From the IMG/VR virus record IMGVR_UViG_3300032233_000671, positions 1-37,321 of that record: a DNA stretch of 37,321 bases, one strand, 5' to 3'. The position numbers were made by a program, and so were the translations under genes. This DNA is from a virus (taxonomy: Duplodnaviria > Caudoviricetes). Positions 1 through 9,452 of the stretch are shown here, piece by piece (positions within the stretch are counted from its first letter, which is position 1; every line of letters begins with the position of its first letter). Below the pieces are notes generated by a model. It ran no database searches and was not told the origin of the DNA. It saw nothing but the letters and a program-made list of their open reading frames with translations.

Positions 1-123
1 AAGTTTCACCAAAAGCAGCACCATTAGTTGTAATGCCACGCACTACACCAAAAGCCGTAATTCGTCCAAAACCGTTTAAAGCAATATTTTCAGTAGCTAC
101 GCCGATAATGTCGTTTGCGTTTG
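1..123. repeat. Terminal direct repeat (circular assembly overlap), copy 1
   Basis: Identical to 37199-37321; the fibre ORF reads in frame across the join. Confidence 0.95.
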
Positions 124-889
124 TAAGCCCCGCAATCGTAGGTGCAAACTTAACAACCCCACTAGCGCCTACTGTGCCGGTGTGGTAAACAATTTGAAGT
201 GGTGAGTCAGTAATAGCCGTACTAGCTTTACCGTAAACAAATAATTCTTCGCCAATTTGCTGGGTGATGTTGCCGTTACCCATACCCGCATTCCAAGTGC
301 CTGTAGTTGGGTCGTACCACATTCGGCCAGCAGCTAAAGTTACCGCTGAACCATTGCCCATATCAATATAAGTTGGGCTAGCAATTGATCCAGTTAACCC
401 AGATAAAGACGTAATGTCGGAATTAGCGCCAGAAGCCGCTGCACCTAAATTCGTGCGGGCGGTAGGCGCAGTAGTAGCGCCAGTGCCACCATTAGCTATG
501 GCAACTACGCCGCTAACATTGCTTGCGGTGCCGGTAACATTAATACTCCAAGTGCCGGACGCGCCTGTGCCAATAACACTTGGTACATTTAGATTAGTTT
601 GCGCGCCTGCTGCTGTGGTGGCTCCTGTACCGCCATTAGCGACGTTTACCGTGCCGTTAAGGGTTATAGTGCCATTAGTTGTGATCGGGCCGCCAGAGGT
701 CGTTAAACCTGTCGTACCGCCCGATACATTGACTGAGGTAACCGTACCTGTGCCGTTACCACCACCACCTGAATTTACTGTGTTGAGTAAATTAAGAAAA
801 AAGCGATACCAATCCCTTGACACAACGCCATTGGTTGAAATGGCTGATTGGTTCTTAGGTAGTTGAGGGGTGTTATCTGGATTAGGCAT
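1..889 (-). CDS. Tail fibre/needle-position protein, N-terminal part (joins 35484-37198; 867 aa total)
   Basis: ATG at 889 overlaps the stop of the gp10-like gene. It reads MPNPDNTPQLPKNQSAISTNGVVSRDWYRFFLNLLN, then G/T-rich VAIANGGTGATTA repeats. 889-43=846, so it is in frame with the ORF at 37241. Confidence 0.85.
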   Translation of the reverse strand, partial: MPNPDNTPQLPKNQSAISTNGVVSRDWYRFFLNLLNTVNSGGGGNGTGTVTSVNVSGGTTGLTTSGGPITTNGTITLNGTVNVANGGTGATTAAGAQTNLNVPSVIGTGASGTWSINVTGTASNVSGVVAIANGGTGATTAPTARTNLGAAASGANSDITSLSGLTGSIASPTYIDMGNGSAVTLAAGRMWYDPTTGTWNAGMGNGNITQQIGEELFVYGKASTAITDSPLQIVYHTGTVGASGVVKFAPTIAGLTNANDIIGVATENIALNGFGRITAFGVVRGITTNGAAFGET

Positions 890-2315
890 TTGTGCCGCTT
901 AAAACTAACTCGGCACCCATAATCGCTAACTTAACTGGATCGGTGCCAGACACTTCATACACTCGGTCACGCAGTTTTTCTGTCATGCCCAATCGACGCC
1001 AAAAAGCACGATAGCCGTACGAACCTATTTTACCCATGCTAGTCCAATGCTCGTTTGACCATGTGTGGCCGCCATCATCAGACCAACGCAACATAACTTG
1101 AGGGTCGTTACCTTGTCCAGTAATTACACCCACACCTGTTTCGCAATTAAGCTGCAAAGTGTGTTGAGCCGTACGTTTATAGTTGTTTTGCCCAGTTGGC
1201 AGCGCGCGCCATGATCGTAACCATTTCTGTGGAAAGTCTCCATCAGAAAAAGAATCAAGATCGTAAGCGTAAATGTTTCCGTTTTGAAAGTCGCCAACTA
1301 CTACTTCGTTATTAAAAAACATTTGGCAATTTGCACGATGACGAATAAATTGGCCATTAGCAAAGCCTGCACGCTCATGCCATGCGCCTGTAGCTACATC
1401 GTATACCCAAGTTTTTTGAGCCGTTGGAAACGTCAACACATAAAACAAATGGCCTTCTTGCTGATAACTAAAAGCAATTGCATCGGAAATAGTGCCGTAA
1501 CTTTGAATTGCAAACTCAACTGCATGCGTAGATATACGTTGACCAATATATCCATTCGCCCTATAAACAACGCCTTGACCACGGGCATCAGCACCAAGCC
1601 AAAATAAAGCGTTATCTAGTTTAGCAACCGAAAATGTAGCCGCGCAACCAAACTCATTAACTGCACCTTGAATACGAGCTAATGGAAATGGCGATGTGCC
1701 TGCATCGTACCAAACTTCAACTGACTGAGTACCAAACAGCCAGACTTCACGGTGGTCAACAAATAGTGACACTAGATTGTCGGGCATGCCTTCAGCACTA
1801 GCAAAACTTAACGGATCAATCTGCGTACCGTCAAGCAGTTCAGACGTCCAAAATTTCTGGGAGTTAGGTTCTTGGAATACAAAATACCCATCAAGGTAAC
1901 CAACTGTTATCGCGCCAGGGAAATCTATGTCAGTAATTTCAGCAAGCTCTTCCGAAGCAGCATCGTAAATATAGCCATCAGGATTGGCCGCAATAAACAA
2001 CTGCGTGCCGTTATCTACCATTGACACTGGACCAGTGCCTGATATAGGGCCTATTTGTGTAGAAGTCCAATCTGAATTAATTCTATATAGCCTGCCACCA
2101 GATACGGCATACCCATAATTACCGTATTGCCACAGCCCACGAATAGGACCTGTACCAACTTTGGATAGCTTACGCAACCCAGGCGCGCGGTTAAGGTAAG
2201 CAGGCTCGTTACCGTCCGGTGCAGGTATTGTTTCAGGATACATATTGATCATACGGGCATCCGCAGCATTAATGCTACGGGCGACGTATGACTGGCCAAG
2301 AATTGGCGTCTTCAT
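882..2315 (-). CDS. P22 gp10-like tail hub / packaged-DNA stabilization protein
   Basis: 477 aa, beta-rich; motifs FGTQSVEVWYDAG, YQQEGHLFYVLTFP, LRWSDDGGHTWS, WRRLG; follows the gp4-like gene. Confidence 0.85.
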   Translation of the reverse strand: MKTPILGQSYVARSINAADARMINMYPETIPAPDGNEPAYLNRAPGLRKLSKVGTGPIRGLWQYGNYGYAVSGGRLYRINSDWTSTQIGPISGTGPVSMVDNGTQLFIAANPDGYIYDAASEELAEITDIDFPGAITVGYLDGYFVFQEPNSQKFWTSELLDGTQIDPLSFASAEGMPDNLVSLFVDHREVWLFGTQSVEVWYDAGTSPFPLARIQGAVNEFGCAATFSVAKLDNALFWLGADARGQGVVYRANGYIGQRISTHAVEFAIQSYGTISDAIAFSYQQEGHLFYVLTFPTAQKTWVYDVATGAWHERAGFANGQFIRHRANCQMFFNNEVVVGDFQNGNIYAYDLDSFSDGDFPQKWLRSWRALPTGQNNYKRTAQHTLQLNCETGVGVITGQGNDPQVMLRWSDDGGHTWSNEHWTSMGKIGSYGYRAFWRRLGMTEKLRDRVYEVSGTDPVKLAIMGAELVLSGTNA

Positions 2316-2318
2316 AAA

Positions 2319-3029
2319 TTAATAGTTACCGGCGTAGATGTTGAAACGCTGACGGCTTGCCACGATTGAGTAAGGCATCGACATAACATCATCAGGGTTG
2401 TTGATGCGTTTCAGATTACGCTTAGACGTCATCGCAATACGTTGTACCGTTTGTGGTGGCTCAACGCCAAACTCGTTTGCAATCTCGCAGGCTAAGTTGT
2501 ACTTGAATGCACGCAAATAGCCTGGTGGGAAGAACAACTCAGTATTTAATGTAGCTGGATTATCCAACTCTTGAACTGACACAAAATGCCATTCCAACTC
2601 ACGCGTAGGCTTTGGGTAAATAGTTAGCTGAACATTAGGGTAAGTCATGTTCACAAACATAACTTGCGGGTAAGTAGACGTTACTGTCTTAACCGCAATA
2701 CCGTTATATTGTTGTTGATTGATCAACTTAATACCAAACGACACGTTTGTTTGTGGGTCGCGGAAATAAGTCGCATCGTCAATTAAAACTGGACGCAAGC
2801 CGACAAAGTCGCCCGTAGGTCCAAGATCGCGTGTAATTTCATCCGGCGGCCACAAGAATATTTGGTCTTGTGTACAGAAAACTGTCAAACGCTCAGTATT
2901 CCACGAATCAACCATCTGATTCATGGCTGTTAATGCGTCTTGAGCCGTTTGTGCGGATGGGTCTTCGCCTTCAGCCAGTTGGCCAATTAATCGAAGCGCG
3001 GCTTTTATCTGGTCGAAAGCTGTTGCCAT
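2319..3029 (-). CDS. P22 gp4-like head-to-tail adaptor
   Basis: N-terminal IKAALRLIGQLAEGE..AQDALTAMNQMVDSW and C-terminal PPGYLRAFKYNLACEIA; P22 synteny. Confidence 0.75.
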   Translation of the reverse strand: MATAFDQIKAALRLIGQLAEGEDPSAQTAQDALTAMNQMVDSWNTERLTVFCTQDQIFLWPPDEITRDLGPTGDFVGLRPVLIDDATYFRDPQTNVSFGIKLINQQQYNGIAVKTVTSTYPQVMFVNMTYPNVQLTIYPKPTRELEWHFVSVQELDNPATLNTELFFPPGYLRAFKYNLACEIANEFGVEPPQTVQRIAMTSKRNLKRINNPDDVMSMPYSIVASRQRFNIYAGNY

Positions 3030-3030
3030 A

Positions 3031-3222
3031 CTAGGCTCCTATTGCGGGTTCTTTTCGTCTGCGCTTTTGAACTTCCAGAGTATTTACTGGAACCACCTCT
3101 TCGGGAGCCGAGGGCGTGTCGTGAGTATACCTCACCCAACCATTTTCTTCATCTGCTACAGCTTCTAATTCCATCGTAGCTACTTTAGTGCCATGCACGT
3201 CGTGCCGTAAATATATGTTCAT
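3031..3222 (-). CDS. Small hypothetical protein in the head/neck module
   Basis: 63-aa ORF abutting both neighbours. Confidence 0.7.
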   Translation of the reverse strand: MNIYLRHDVHGTKVATMELEAVADEENGWVRYTHDTPSAPEEVVPVNTLEVQKRRRKEPAIGA

Positions 3223-3630
3223 TTATACCGCGCAGTGAATAATACAATAATTAATTATGACGGCTTCTGACAAAGTACCACCAGAAATATTGCGCAAAGT
3301 AATGCTAACTTCACCTTGGCTAAGCGCATTAGCAAATACATTGTATGAGCCAGGCGTAGCTTGATTACCAGAAATTGTCAAAATTACTGTGTCATTTGCA
3401 CTAATTAAACTGTTGTTTAATATAAAAGTCGCGTTAGTAGCAGTCGTTAAAGATGCGTTATTCATCGTAATACGACCCGCGGATTTATTTAATGTAACCG
3501 CAGTTGATTTGCTAGTTAACTGAGTAACTGTACCTTGCGCAGCCGCAGAATAACCAATTTCTTCGCTTGCGTAGCAAGTAGTAAATTCTGGGTCAAGATA
3601 AGCTACACCAGTTGCTTTGGTATTCGACAT
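3223..3630 (-). CDS. Putative capsid decoration / virion protein
   Basis: AAGGA SD; T/A/S-rich beta protein; N-terminus MSNTKATGVAYLDP resembles that of 3669-4028. Confidence 0.6.
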   Translation of the reverse strand: MSNTKATGVAYLDPEFTTCYASEEIGYSAAAQGTVTQLTSKSTAVTLNKSAGRITMNNASLTTATNATFILNNSLISANDTVILTISGNQATPGSYNVFANALSQGEVSITLRNISGGTLSEAVIINYCIIHCAV

Positions 3631-3641
3631 AATTTTCCTTT

Positions 3642-3666
3642 AAAAATAGGAGCGTAAGCCCCTATT
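3642..3666 (-). terminator. Intergenic hairpin / weak intrinsic terminator
   Basis: AATAGGGGC-TTAC-GCTCCTATT followed by Ts on the minus strand. Confidence 0.5.
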
Positions 3667-3668
3667 CA

Positions 3669-4028
3669 TTAGCCAGCGGCCATAACAGTCCAATTTGTAC
3701 CATCTTCACAAACCAAAGTTGCCCACTTACCTGCGGTAGCCGCAAGAATTGCAGTACCTAAAGTAGCAGACGCTATTGGTCGTACATTAGTTGCAGCACT
3801 AATTACGGTATAAGTGCCAGAAAGATTTTTAATTGTTACTGTACGTCCAATGTAAGCAGAACCGCTAGGCAATGTCACTGCGACATTGGCTGCAGAGCCG
3901 TTACATACAATATAATTTTCGTCGTCGCCTAAAGTAAAACTTGCAGTTTCAGTTATCGGCGCGTTCAAATAAAACGCAGTAAGCGCAGGATCAGAATATG
4001 CAACGCCGACAGCTTTATTGTTTGCCAT
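3669..4028 (-). CDS. Putative capsid decoration / virion protein
   Basis: AAGGA SD; N-terminus MANNKAVGVAYSDP; TLP..G.TVTIKN..DGTNW beta-sandwich-type pattern. Confidence 0.6.
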   Translation of the reverse strand: MANNKAVGVAYSDPALTAFYLNAPITETASFTLGDDENYIVCNGSAANVAVTLPSGSAYIGRTVTIKNLSGTYTVISAATNVRPIASATLGTAILAATAGKWATLVCEDGTNWTVMAAG

Positions 4029-4041
4029 GATGTATTCCTTT

Positions 4042-4063
4042 AAAAACGGGGGCCGAAGCCCCC
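4042..4063 (-). terminator. Intrinsic terminator-like hairpin
   Basis: GGGGGC-TTCG-GCCCCC-GTTTTT on the minus strand. Confidence 0.7.
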
Positions 4064-4069
4064 ATCAGA

Positions 4070-4465
4070 TTAGCCTGCTACGCGGTAGAAAACGTATGTT
4101 GCATCACCAGTCTTACGAGCACGCCATGTAGCGGATGTGTTCGCAGAAACCGCAGCTACGCCGACGATTGTACAGCCTGTGTTAGCAGTTACTGTAGCAG
4201 CGTTGGTGCCGCCGATATTGATGATTGAAAAATCAAACGAGCTATTTACTTTCATGCTGCTAAAAGCATTGTCTAAGTCCGTACCTAAAGGTAAGGTCAA
4301 AGCAACTGCTGCACCAGTGTAAGTAATAATTTCGGTTGCTAATTCAGCAGGGGTTAAAGTTGCTGCTGCGGTTTTAGCCGTAGGAGCTACTTGGGTGCCC
4401 ATAATAATTTCGTTTAAATTGCCAGCGCCTACTTGATAGCCGCCTGAACCATTTGGAAGTGCCAT
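4070..4465 (-). CDS. Putative capsid decoration protein
   Basis: Directly downstream of the coat gene; strong SD; Ala/Thr-rich. Confidence 0.6.
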   Translation of the reverse strand: MALPNGSGGYQVGAGNLNEIIMGTQVAPTAKTAAATLTPAELATEIITYTGAAVALTLPLGTDLDNAFSSMKVNSSFDFSIINIGGTNAATVTANTGCTIVGVAAVSANTSATWRARKTGDATYVFYRVAG

Positions 4466-4488
4466 GATATTTTCCTTAAAAAAGTTTT

Positions 4489-4509
4489 AAAAAGAGGGCC
4501 GAAGCCCTC
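4489..4509 (-). terminator. Intrinsic terminator after the major capsid gene
   Basis: GAGGGC-TTCG-GCCCTC-TTTTT on the minus strand. Confidence 0.8.
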
Positions 4510-4516
4510 CTTTAGC

Positions 4517-5731
4517 TTAACCCCACATGCGGACGCCCATTTGTGGACGAATCGTGCTGAAACCGTACAGAACGTCAATACGGCAAGGCATACGGTCATT
4601 GTTAATGTCGTATTGACGAACAATACGCATTGACACGCCGTTATGAACTTGGCGAGAAGCCATGTCTACACCTTGTGGCATTAACAAGTCAGCGGTAGCA
4701 AACGTGATCGCATCTTTGTGATAGATCAAGTTCTGTGCGTACTGAGTTGAAGCTGCACCAATAAAGGTTACTGCTGCATTGTCTGCTGGAAACGCATTGA
4801 TAGTTGCCAAAGCTTGATCAGCTGTGTACATAGCTGGTGAAACCGCAACGTTTGTCCAAGCACCGCTAGAAGCAGTAGCAGCAGCAGTTACTACGAACTG
4901 TTGCAAAGCGCCTGTTGACTCACGAGTTTGTGGGTTAACAGCAAATACGTTAGCAATAGTAAATACGTCACCAACTGCGATTGTTGCTGAAGCAGTACCA
5001 CCATCAAGGCTGATAGTTGTTTGACCTTGGGTAGTAACAGCGCCGTTTACCAAAATGGTATCAGCAGTTGAACGTGAACCAGTGGTGTGTTGCTTGATTG
5101 ACTGAGACATGTTGATTTCGTCGAAGCCTAATACGCCAGCGCCCATCATGCCGTTCTTGAATTGCTTGCTGATTGTATCTGTTGGGTTAAACAGACCTTT
5201 CATGCCTTCAACCAAACCAGCGTTAGCTGCTGGGTTAACAGTAGCGTAGCGTGGTGACATTACAGCTGCTGCTTCGTTCAGCTTTTGTTGCGCTTGCAAC
5301 AGAACTAAAGAAGTTGAAGGTGTTGTGCCTGGTGTACCAACTGATGCATAGATGTTTTTGTATGCATTAGCTACGTCAGCATCGATAGAAGATGCCAACT
5401 GGGAGATACGTGGCTTCAATACACGCTCTGCAAAGTCATCTAACTGCATGGTCAATTCAGCAGAAGTGAAGTTGATACCGATGTGCTTTTGATTAGCTAC
5501 GGTCAGAGTTGTGAACTGTTCGTTGTCGTCCTGAGTTTGCAGGGCAGCGCCGTCGGTTACTAAAGCACGATCCGGTAAACGGATACGCAGTGTAGAACCA
5601 ATTTTTGCGCCTTCAACAGCGAAAGAGTCGTCATATTGACGGTTTACGTTACGGGTGAGTACCAGATTGTTCTCGAGGATTTCGAGAGCTTTTCTGGTAA
5701 TCATGTCGATGGTTAGAATCGAATTTGCCAT
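4517..5731 (-). CDS. Major capsid protein, P22 coat (gp5) family
   Basis: MANSILTIDMITRKALEILENNLV..KIGSTLRIRLP..YDINNDRMPCRIDVLYG; follows the scaffold gene. Confidence 0.9.
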   Translation of the reverse strand: MANSILTIDMITRKALEILENNLVLTRNVNRQYDDSFAVEGAKIGSTLRIRLPDRALVTDGAALQTQDDNEQFTTLTVANQKHIGINFTSAELTMQLDDFAERVLKPRISQLASSIDADVANAYKNIYASVGTPGTTPSTSLVLLQAQQKLNEAAAVMSPRYATVNPAANAGLVEGMKGLFNPTDTISKQFKNGMMGAGVLGFDEINMSQSIKQHTTGSRSTADTILVNGAVTTQGQTTISLDGGTASATIAVGDVFTIANVFAVNPQTRESTGALQQFVVTAAATASSGAWTNVAVSPAMYTADQALATINAFPADNAAVTFIGAASTQYAQNLIYHKDAITFATADLLMPQGVDMASRQVHNGVSMRIVRQYDINNDRMPCRIDVLYGFSTIRPQMGVRMWG

Positions 5732-5752
5732 GATATATTCCTAAAAAAGAAG

Positions 5753-6523
5753 TTAATGATTGCGTTGAGCTTCCCACTTCCTAATTTGACGCTGACGCTC
5801 CGCTTCAATCCACTCTGATGTACTCATACTCTTTACAGAGCGAGGATCAGTTGTGTCATAAGACGGCGCTCCAGTGCCGCGACCTGATATAGGCGCAATA
5901 GGCGGTGGTGCGCTAGTTGTTTTTCTCAAAACTGGTTCTGAAGCTAATTTGGCTTCTAGTTTACCAATCTCTTTAGCCTGCGAGTATGGCGTAAGCTTAG
6001 AAATACGATCTGCTTCGCGTGGATTTGATCCTAGATAATATGCTAGGTCTGGTCCAACATCCGACATCTGGATTGTTTCCGCCATCACAGCCGTAATTGG
6101 AAGCTTAGGGTTGTATGCGACTTGCTCGAAGTCTTCATACTTTGACCTAGCGTCTTCTTCACGGTCGTGGTAAGCCTCTACCAAGTCCATTCGCTGTCTT
6201 TCAGCTTCACGTCTTGTCAATAATTCTTCTGCTTTACGCTCGGCCAATGCTTCAGCATATGCGTCAACAGATTCAAATTGATCGACAGGCGGAAGTTCAG
6301 ACACCGGCGGTGCTTTGCGCGACTGTTCTCTTTCCCACTTGCGTTGCTCTCTTGCAAGCCGTTTTCCAACGATTGCATCTAACTCTTCTTGTGTGAAGGT
6401 TTTAGATTGCTGTTCGTTAGGTTGTTCGGTTTCCGGCGCAATTATCTCGGTTTCAGGGGCAGCCGTTGCTACCTGTTCCGACGCGGGTTCAGCCGCTACT
6501 TCGTTTTGAATCTCATCTGACAT
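5753..6523 (-). CDS. Capsid scaffolding protein
   Basis: Acidic N-terminus, KTFTQEELDAIVGKRLARE coiled coil, GPDLAYYLG, C-terminal MSTSEWIEAER; lies upstream of the coat gene. Confidence 0.8.
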   Translation of the reverse strand: MSDEIQNEVAAEPASEQVATAAPETEIIAPETEQPNEQQSKTFTQEELDAIVGKRLAREQRKWEREQSRKAPPVSELPPVDQFESVDAYAEALAERKAEELLTRREAERQRMDLVEAYHDREEDARSKYEDFEQVAYNPKLPITAVMAETIQMSDVGPDLAYYLGSNPREADRISKLTPYSQAKEIGKLEAKLASEPVLRKTTSAPPPIAPISGRGTGAPSYDTTDPRSVKSMSTSEWIEAERQRQIRKWEAQRNH

Positions 6524-6527
6524 CTTT

Positions 6528-6560
6528 GATTCCTAAAGAATCCTCGGTGAACCTCACCGA
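6528..6560 (-). promoter_or_regulatory. Double hairpin over the scaffold ribosome-binding site
   Basis: TCGGTGA-GGT-TCACCGA then GATTC-TTTAG-GAATC, which includes the AGGA SD, 4 nt before the ATG. Confidence 0.5.
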
Positions 6561-6565
6561 TAAGG

Positions 6566-6832
6566 TTATTCGTAAATAACTGTTGCCGTAACTGTACCAC
6601 CGATTACTACATATATGCCATTTTTTGCGTACGCGCCATCTAAAGGCAGCAAATACGAAGTGGCAGCAGCAGGGGTAAAGGTACCTAAAATTACATTAGT
6701 AGTTGTTGCTGCGGCTGAATCATAAACCGTAATTGTTGGGGTGCTTGACGCTGAGCTGACAAAAATACCTTTCAGCTTACCCGCCATCGGTTTAATGTTG
6801 GCCGTAGCCGTAATGTTTGTATAATTTGCCAT
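6566..6832 (-). CDS. Small hypothetical virion protein
   Basis: 88-aa beta-rich ORF between the ferritin-like gene and the scaffold gene. Confidence 0.65.
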   Translation of the reverse strand: MANYTNITATANIKPMAGKLKGIFVSSASSTPTITVYDSAAATTTNVILGTFTPAAATSYLLPLDGAYAKNGIYVVIGGTVTATVIYE

Positions 6833-6840
6833 GATCAGCC

Positions 6841-7203
6841 TTATGCTAAATATTTAAGTTTGTAAAGGGTAGACATATACAAACCTTCGATCTCGTCGAT
6901 GATATTGTGCAATGCCGTGCATTCTTTTTCAACCACATCATAACGAACTTTGTGAATTTCTTCGAGTTGGTCTTCTAAAAACTCAATAATATTGCCAGTT
7001 TTTTTAGCAGACATCAAAGTTATTGGACCAACTAGCCCGTATTTACCTTGGTAGGCTTCAGTAAATTTGTCCGCTAAATCCACAATGTTTTCATAAAACG
7101 TATTTAGCGCCATGTGCTTTGAAAAGCTGCGGGTGTTTAAATGCACGCTGTGTGCAACATCCCTAGCTAAAAAGAACATCCCTATAAAATCTGCTGGCTT
7201 CAT
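6841..7203 (-). CDS. Ferritin/Dps-like four-helix protein (DUF5856-like)
   Basis: AHSVHLNT.SFSKHMAL..FYE....LADKFTEAYQG pattern of His/Asp/Glu ligands; C-terminal NIIDEI..TLYKL. Confidence 0.7.
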   Translation of the reverse strand: MKPADFIGMFFLARDVAHSVHLNTRSFSKHMALNTFYENIVDLADKFTEAYQGKYGLVGPITLMSAKKTGNIIEFLEDQLEEIHKVRYDVVEKECTALHNIIDEIEGLYMSTLYKLKYLA

Positions 7204-9452
7204 TGTGGCATTCCTTGTTCTGGTGGTGGCATCATCTGCTCTTCAGGCATCATTTGCTGTTCTGGCGGTGGTTGCATCATCTGTTCACCCATCTCCATTG
7301 ACATATTTTCTTCACGACTTGGCATTTGAGCCATTAAATCATTTGATTCCATCGCAGCAGCAACCACACCCATTGCAATATCTTGGATTTGCTGCTCAGT
7401 CATGCCCGCTTGAACCGCAGAAATACGCTTAGTTTCAGCATCAAACGCTTTGATTTGAGCTTCAAACTCTTTGCGCTCCATGTCCTGAACTTCAATGGAT
7501 TTGCCCACATTTTGCATCATTTCATGCAACTGGTTCAACTCTTGAGCCATTGCTTCCATCTGTTGCTTAGCTTGCTGCATCTCTGGCGATTCGTCAGAGT
7601 CAGCCATAATCTTAGGGTCAATGATCTTAGCAAAACGCTTAGCCATTTCCTGCGCGCCTGGCCAATCCATGTTCTTGATAAACAAGTCGCCAGCAACAGA
7701 CCACAATTGTGGGTTGCTTTGCAAGATCATACCCATTGCATCCAGTGCTTCCTGACGCTTGGTCATGTAGCTCGGACCTGTAGTCACAACAACATCGTAC
7801 TTACCAACCGATGGGTTGTAAATCTTGTCGATAACAATGTCAGGGTTGTTTTGGTCAACGATCTTCTTAACTGGCTCTTGTTGAGTCGGATCAATCTTGA
7901 CCATTTCTGTCTCACCGTCCATGCCAACAATACGAGCTACACGTTGTGTGTCGTAAATCTTTGGAATTATGTCAACTAACTGACGTGTGACGTGACGAAC
8001 AGCGCGTGCCAGATTGTCCACGTAATGATAAGTGCCAGTATCAGACTGGCGCTCACGCGCCATAATTGCTTTGCCTGAACGCTCATTAGAAGTCGCTCCT
8101 AAGCTAGTGTCATACTGACCAGTTGTTGATTTAATGTCATCCGACGCGCCCATCTTGGCCTGAATTAAGCCAGTCTGTGGCAGTGGAGGCGCTGCGCGCT
8201 GTGGTAATGGGAGCACTGCACCATTTCCGTCAGTTACGTCAGGATTTACCTCTAAATATGGCCAATTTGTTGTGTTTGCGGTCTTCCACTGGTTCTCATA
8301 GCCCTCAAACTGGCCGCCGTAGCCAATAAATGGCGCTTTTGGCGCCAATGCAAGCATTTCTGCCTCTTGCGACACCCAATAGTTGTACATTCTTTGGGCA
8401 TCTTTGGCATTTCTGACCAAGCCAGAGATGTAAATACGACCGTCAACTTGGAATTCGTTACCAATTACGCGTACAACGGGGATAAATTTACCTACCCAGT
8501 CACGCTCTTCAAGCATTTCATAGCCGTTTGTCTTGCACCACTTCACACGTTGTGCGTCTACTTCACGAGTACGCAATGGTCTTACACCCATTTCCTTTAA
8601 CTGCTTAGCTTCCGGCGAGCCTTCAAACGCTGTGATGTTGCCTGGGTATAAATGTAATGTTGCTTTGTCGTATTCGACATAGTAATACTCAGCGATACGA
8701 ACCGTGTCTTCTGCAATCCAAACATTTAAGCTTTGGTCGCCTACACCCATTGATTGCAAACTAGAGATCGGTGTGCCATCTGGAAACATGCGCTCGTAAT
8801 CTGCGCGCAATATATCTTCTGTTACAAAACACCATTTTGCATCCGCACCGCATGGGTCTTGGATGGTTGGGTCCATGTAAACAGAGAAGGAGTTACGCAC
8901 ACGCATGATCTTGATGTCTTGATCAAACGAGTTGTCGTCACAGTATTCGGTAAGAATACGGATGTAACCTTCGCCGTAACTTACTTGGTTTTCGCAGGCG
9001 GTGTCGTAGGCAACATCGGCGTCCGAGATGTACTCGATGTGTCGCACCATGCCGTTGTAGATTTCTGCGACTTCTGGGTCTGCGTTGTCGTCGGCAGGAA
9101 TAACTTTGCCGCTCGGACGGTTTTGTCTTTGGTCGTTGGTGACTTGTCGGACATGTTGTGGCAGTTTGTTAATTGTTAAACATGGGCGTGCATTAATCGT
9201 TTGACCTTGCACTGCGCCACGAGTAGCTAATACGTCTGATGGCCATTGCCAGTGATTATCTGGTGAGCCAGCGTAAAATTTTAAATCGTCTAATTCGTCT
9301 TGACGGCTGTCGGACAATGCAGAAATAGCCATTTGCAGGCGGGTGCGCATTGTCGCTAATGTGTCTGACTTGCTTTTGCTGACATCAGTCGGCTGTGGAT
9401 TACCGCCCACATTCGCAACTTTTGCCGCCGTATTGATGCCAGTATAGTCCAT
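7200..9452 (-). CDS. Portal protein, P22-like
   Basis: 750 aa; RPCLTINKL, GLVRNAKDAQRMYNYW, SGKAIMAR, GKYDVVVTTGPSY motifs; C-terminal coiled coil. Confidence 0.92.
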   Translation of the reverse strand: MDYTGINTAAKVANVGGNPQPTDVSKSKSDTLATMRTRLQMAISALSDSRQDELDDLKFYAGSPDNHWQWPSDVLATRGAVQGQTINARPCLTINKLPQHVRQVTNDQRQNRPSGKVIPADDNADPEVAEIYNGMVRHIEYISDADVAYDTACENQVSYGEGYIRILTEYCDDNSFDQDIKIMRVRNSFSVYMDPTIQDPCGADAKWCFVTEDILRADYERMFPDGTPISSLQSMGVGDQSLNVWIAEDTVRIAEYYYVEYDKATLHLYPGNITAFEGSPEAKQLKEMGVRPLRTREVDAQRVKWCKTNGYEMLEERDWVGKFIPVVRVIGNEFQVDGRIYISGLVRNAKDAQRMYNYWVSQEAEMLALAPKAPFIGYGGQFEGYENQWKTANTTNWPYLEVNPDVTDGNGAVLPLPQRAAPPLPQTGLIQAKMGASDDIKSTTGQYDTSLGATSNERSGKAIMARERQSDTGTYHYVDNLARAVRHVTRQLVDIIPKIYDTQRVARIVGMDGETEMVKIDPTQQEPVKKIVDQNNPDIVIDKIYNPSVGKYDVVVTTGPSYMTKRQEALDAMGMILQSNPQLWSVAGDLFIKNMDWPGAQEMAKRFAKIIDPKIMADSDESPEMQQAKQQMEAMAQELNQLHEMMQNVGKSIEVQDMERKEFEAQIKAFDAETKRISAVQAGMTEQQIQDIAMGVVAAAMESNDLMAQMPSREENMSMEMGEQMMQPPPEQQMMPEEQMMPPPEQGMPQ

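Noticed and set aside
1-123. Biological terminal repeat (T7-like DTR)
   Set aside because: It falls in the middle of a gene and is best explained as assembly overlap of a circularly permuted genome.
414-866. 150-aa plus-strand ORF rich in Pro/Val/Ala
   Set aside because: Antisense shadow of the Gly/Thr-rich fibre gene on the minus strand.
4429-4623. Frameshift or readthrough extension of the capsid protein into the next gene
   Set aside because: The coat frame hits another TAA in the spacer, and the alternative frame stops at 4429 without joining the decoration gene.
7383-7979. Long plus-strand ORFs opposite portal, terL, primase, polA and ejection genes (also 11081, 17122, 31838)
   Set aside because: No recognisable motifs; they lie antisense to well-supported genes.
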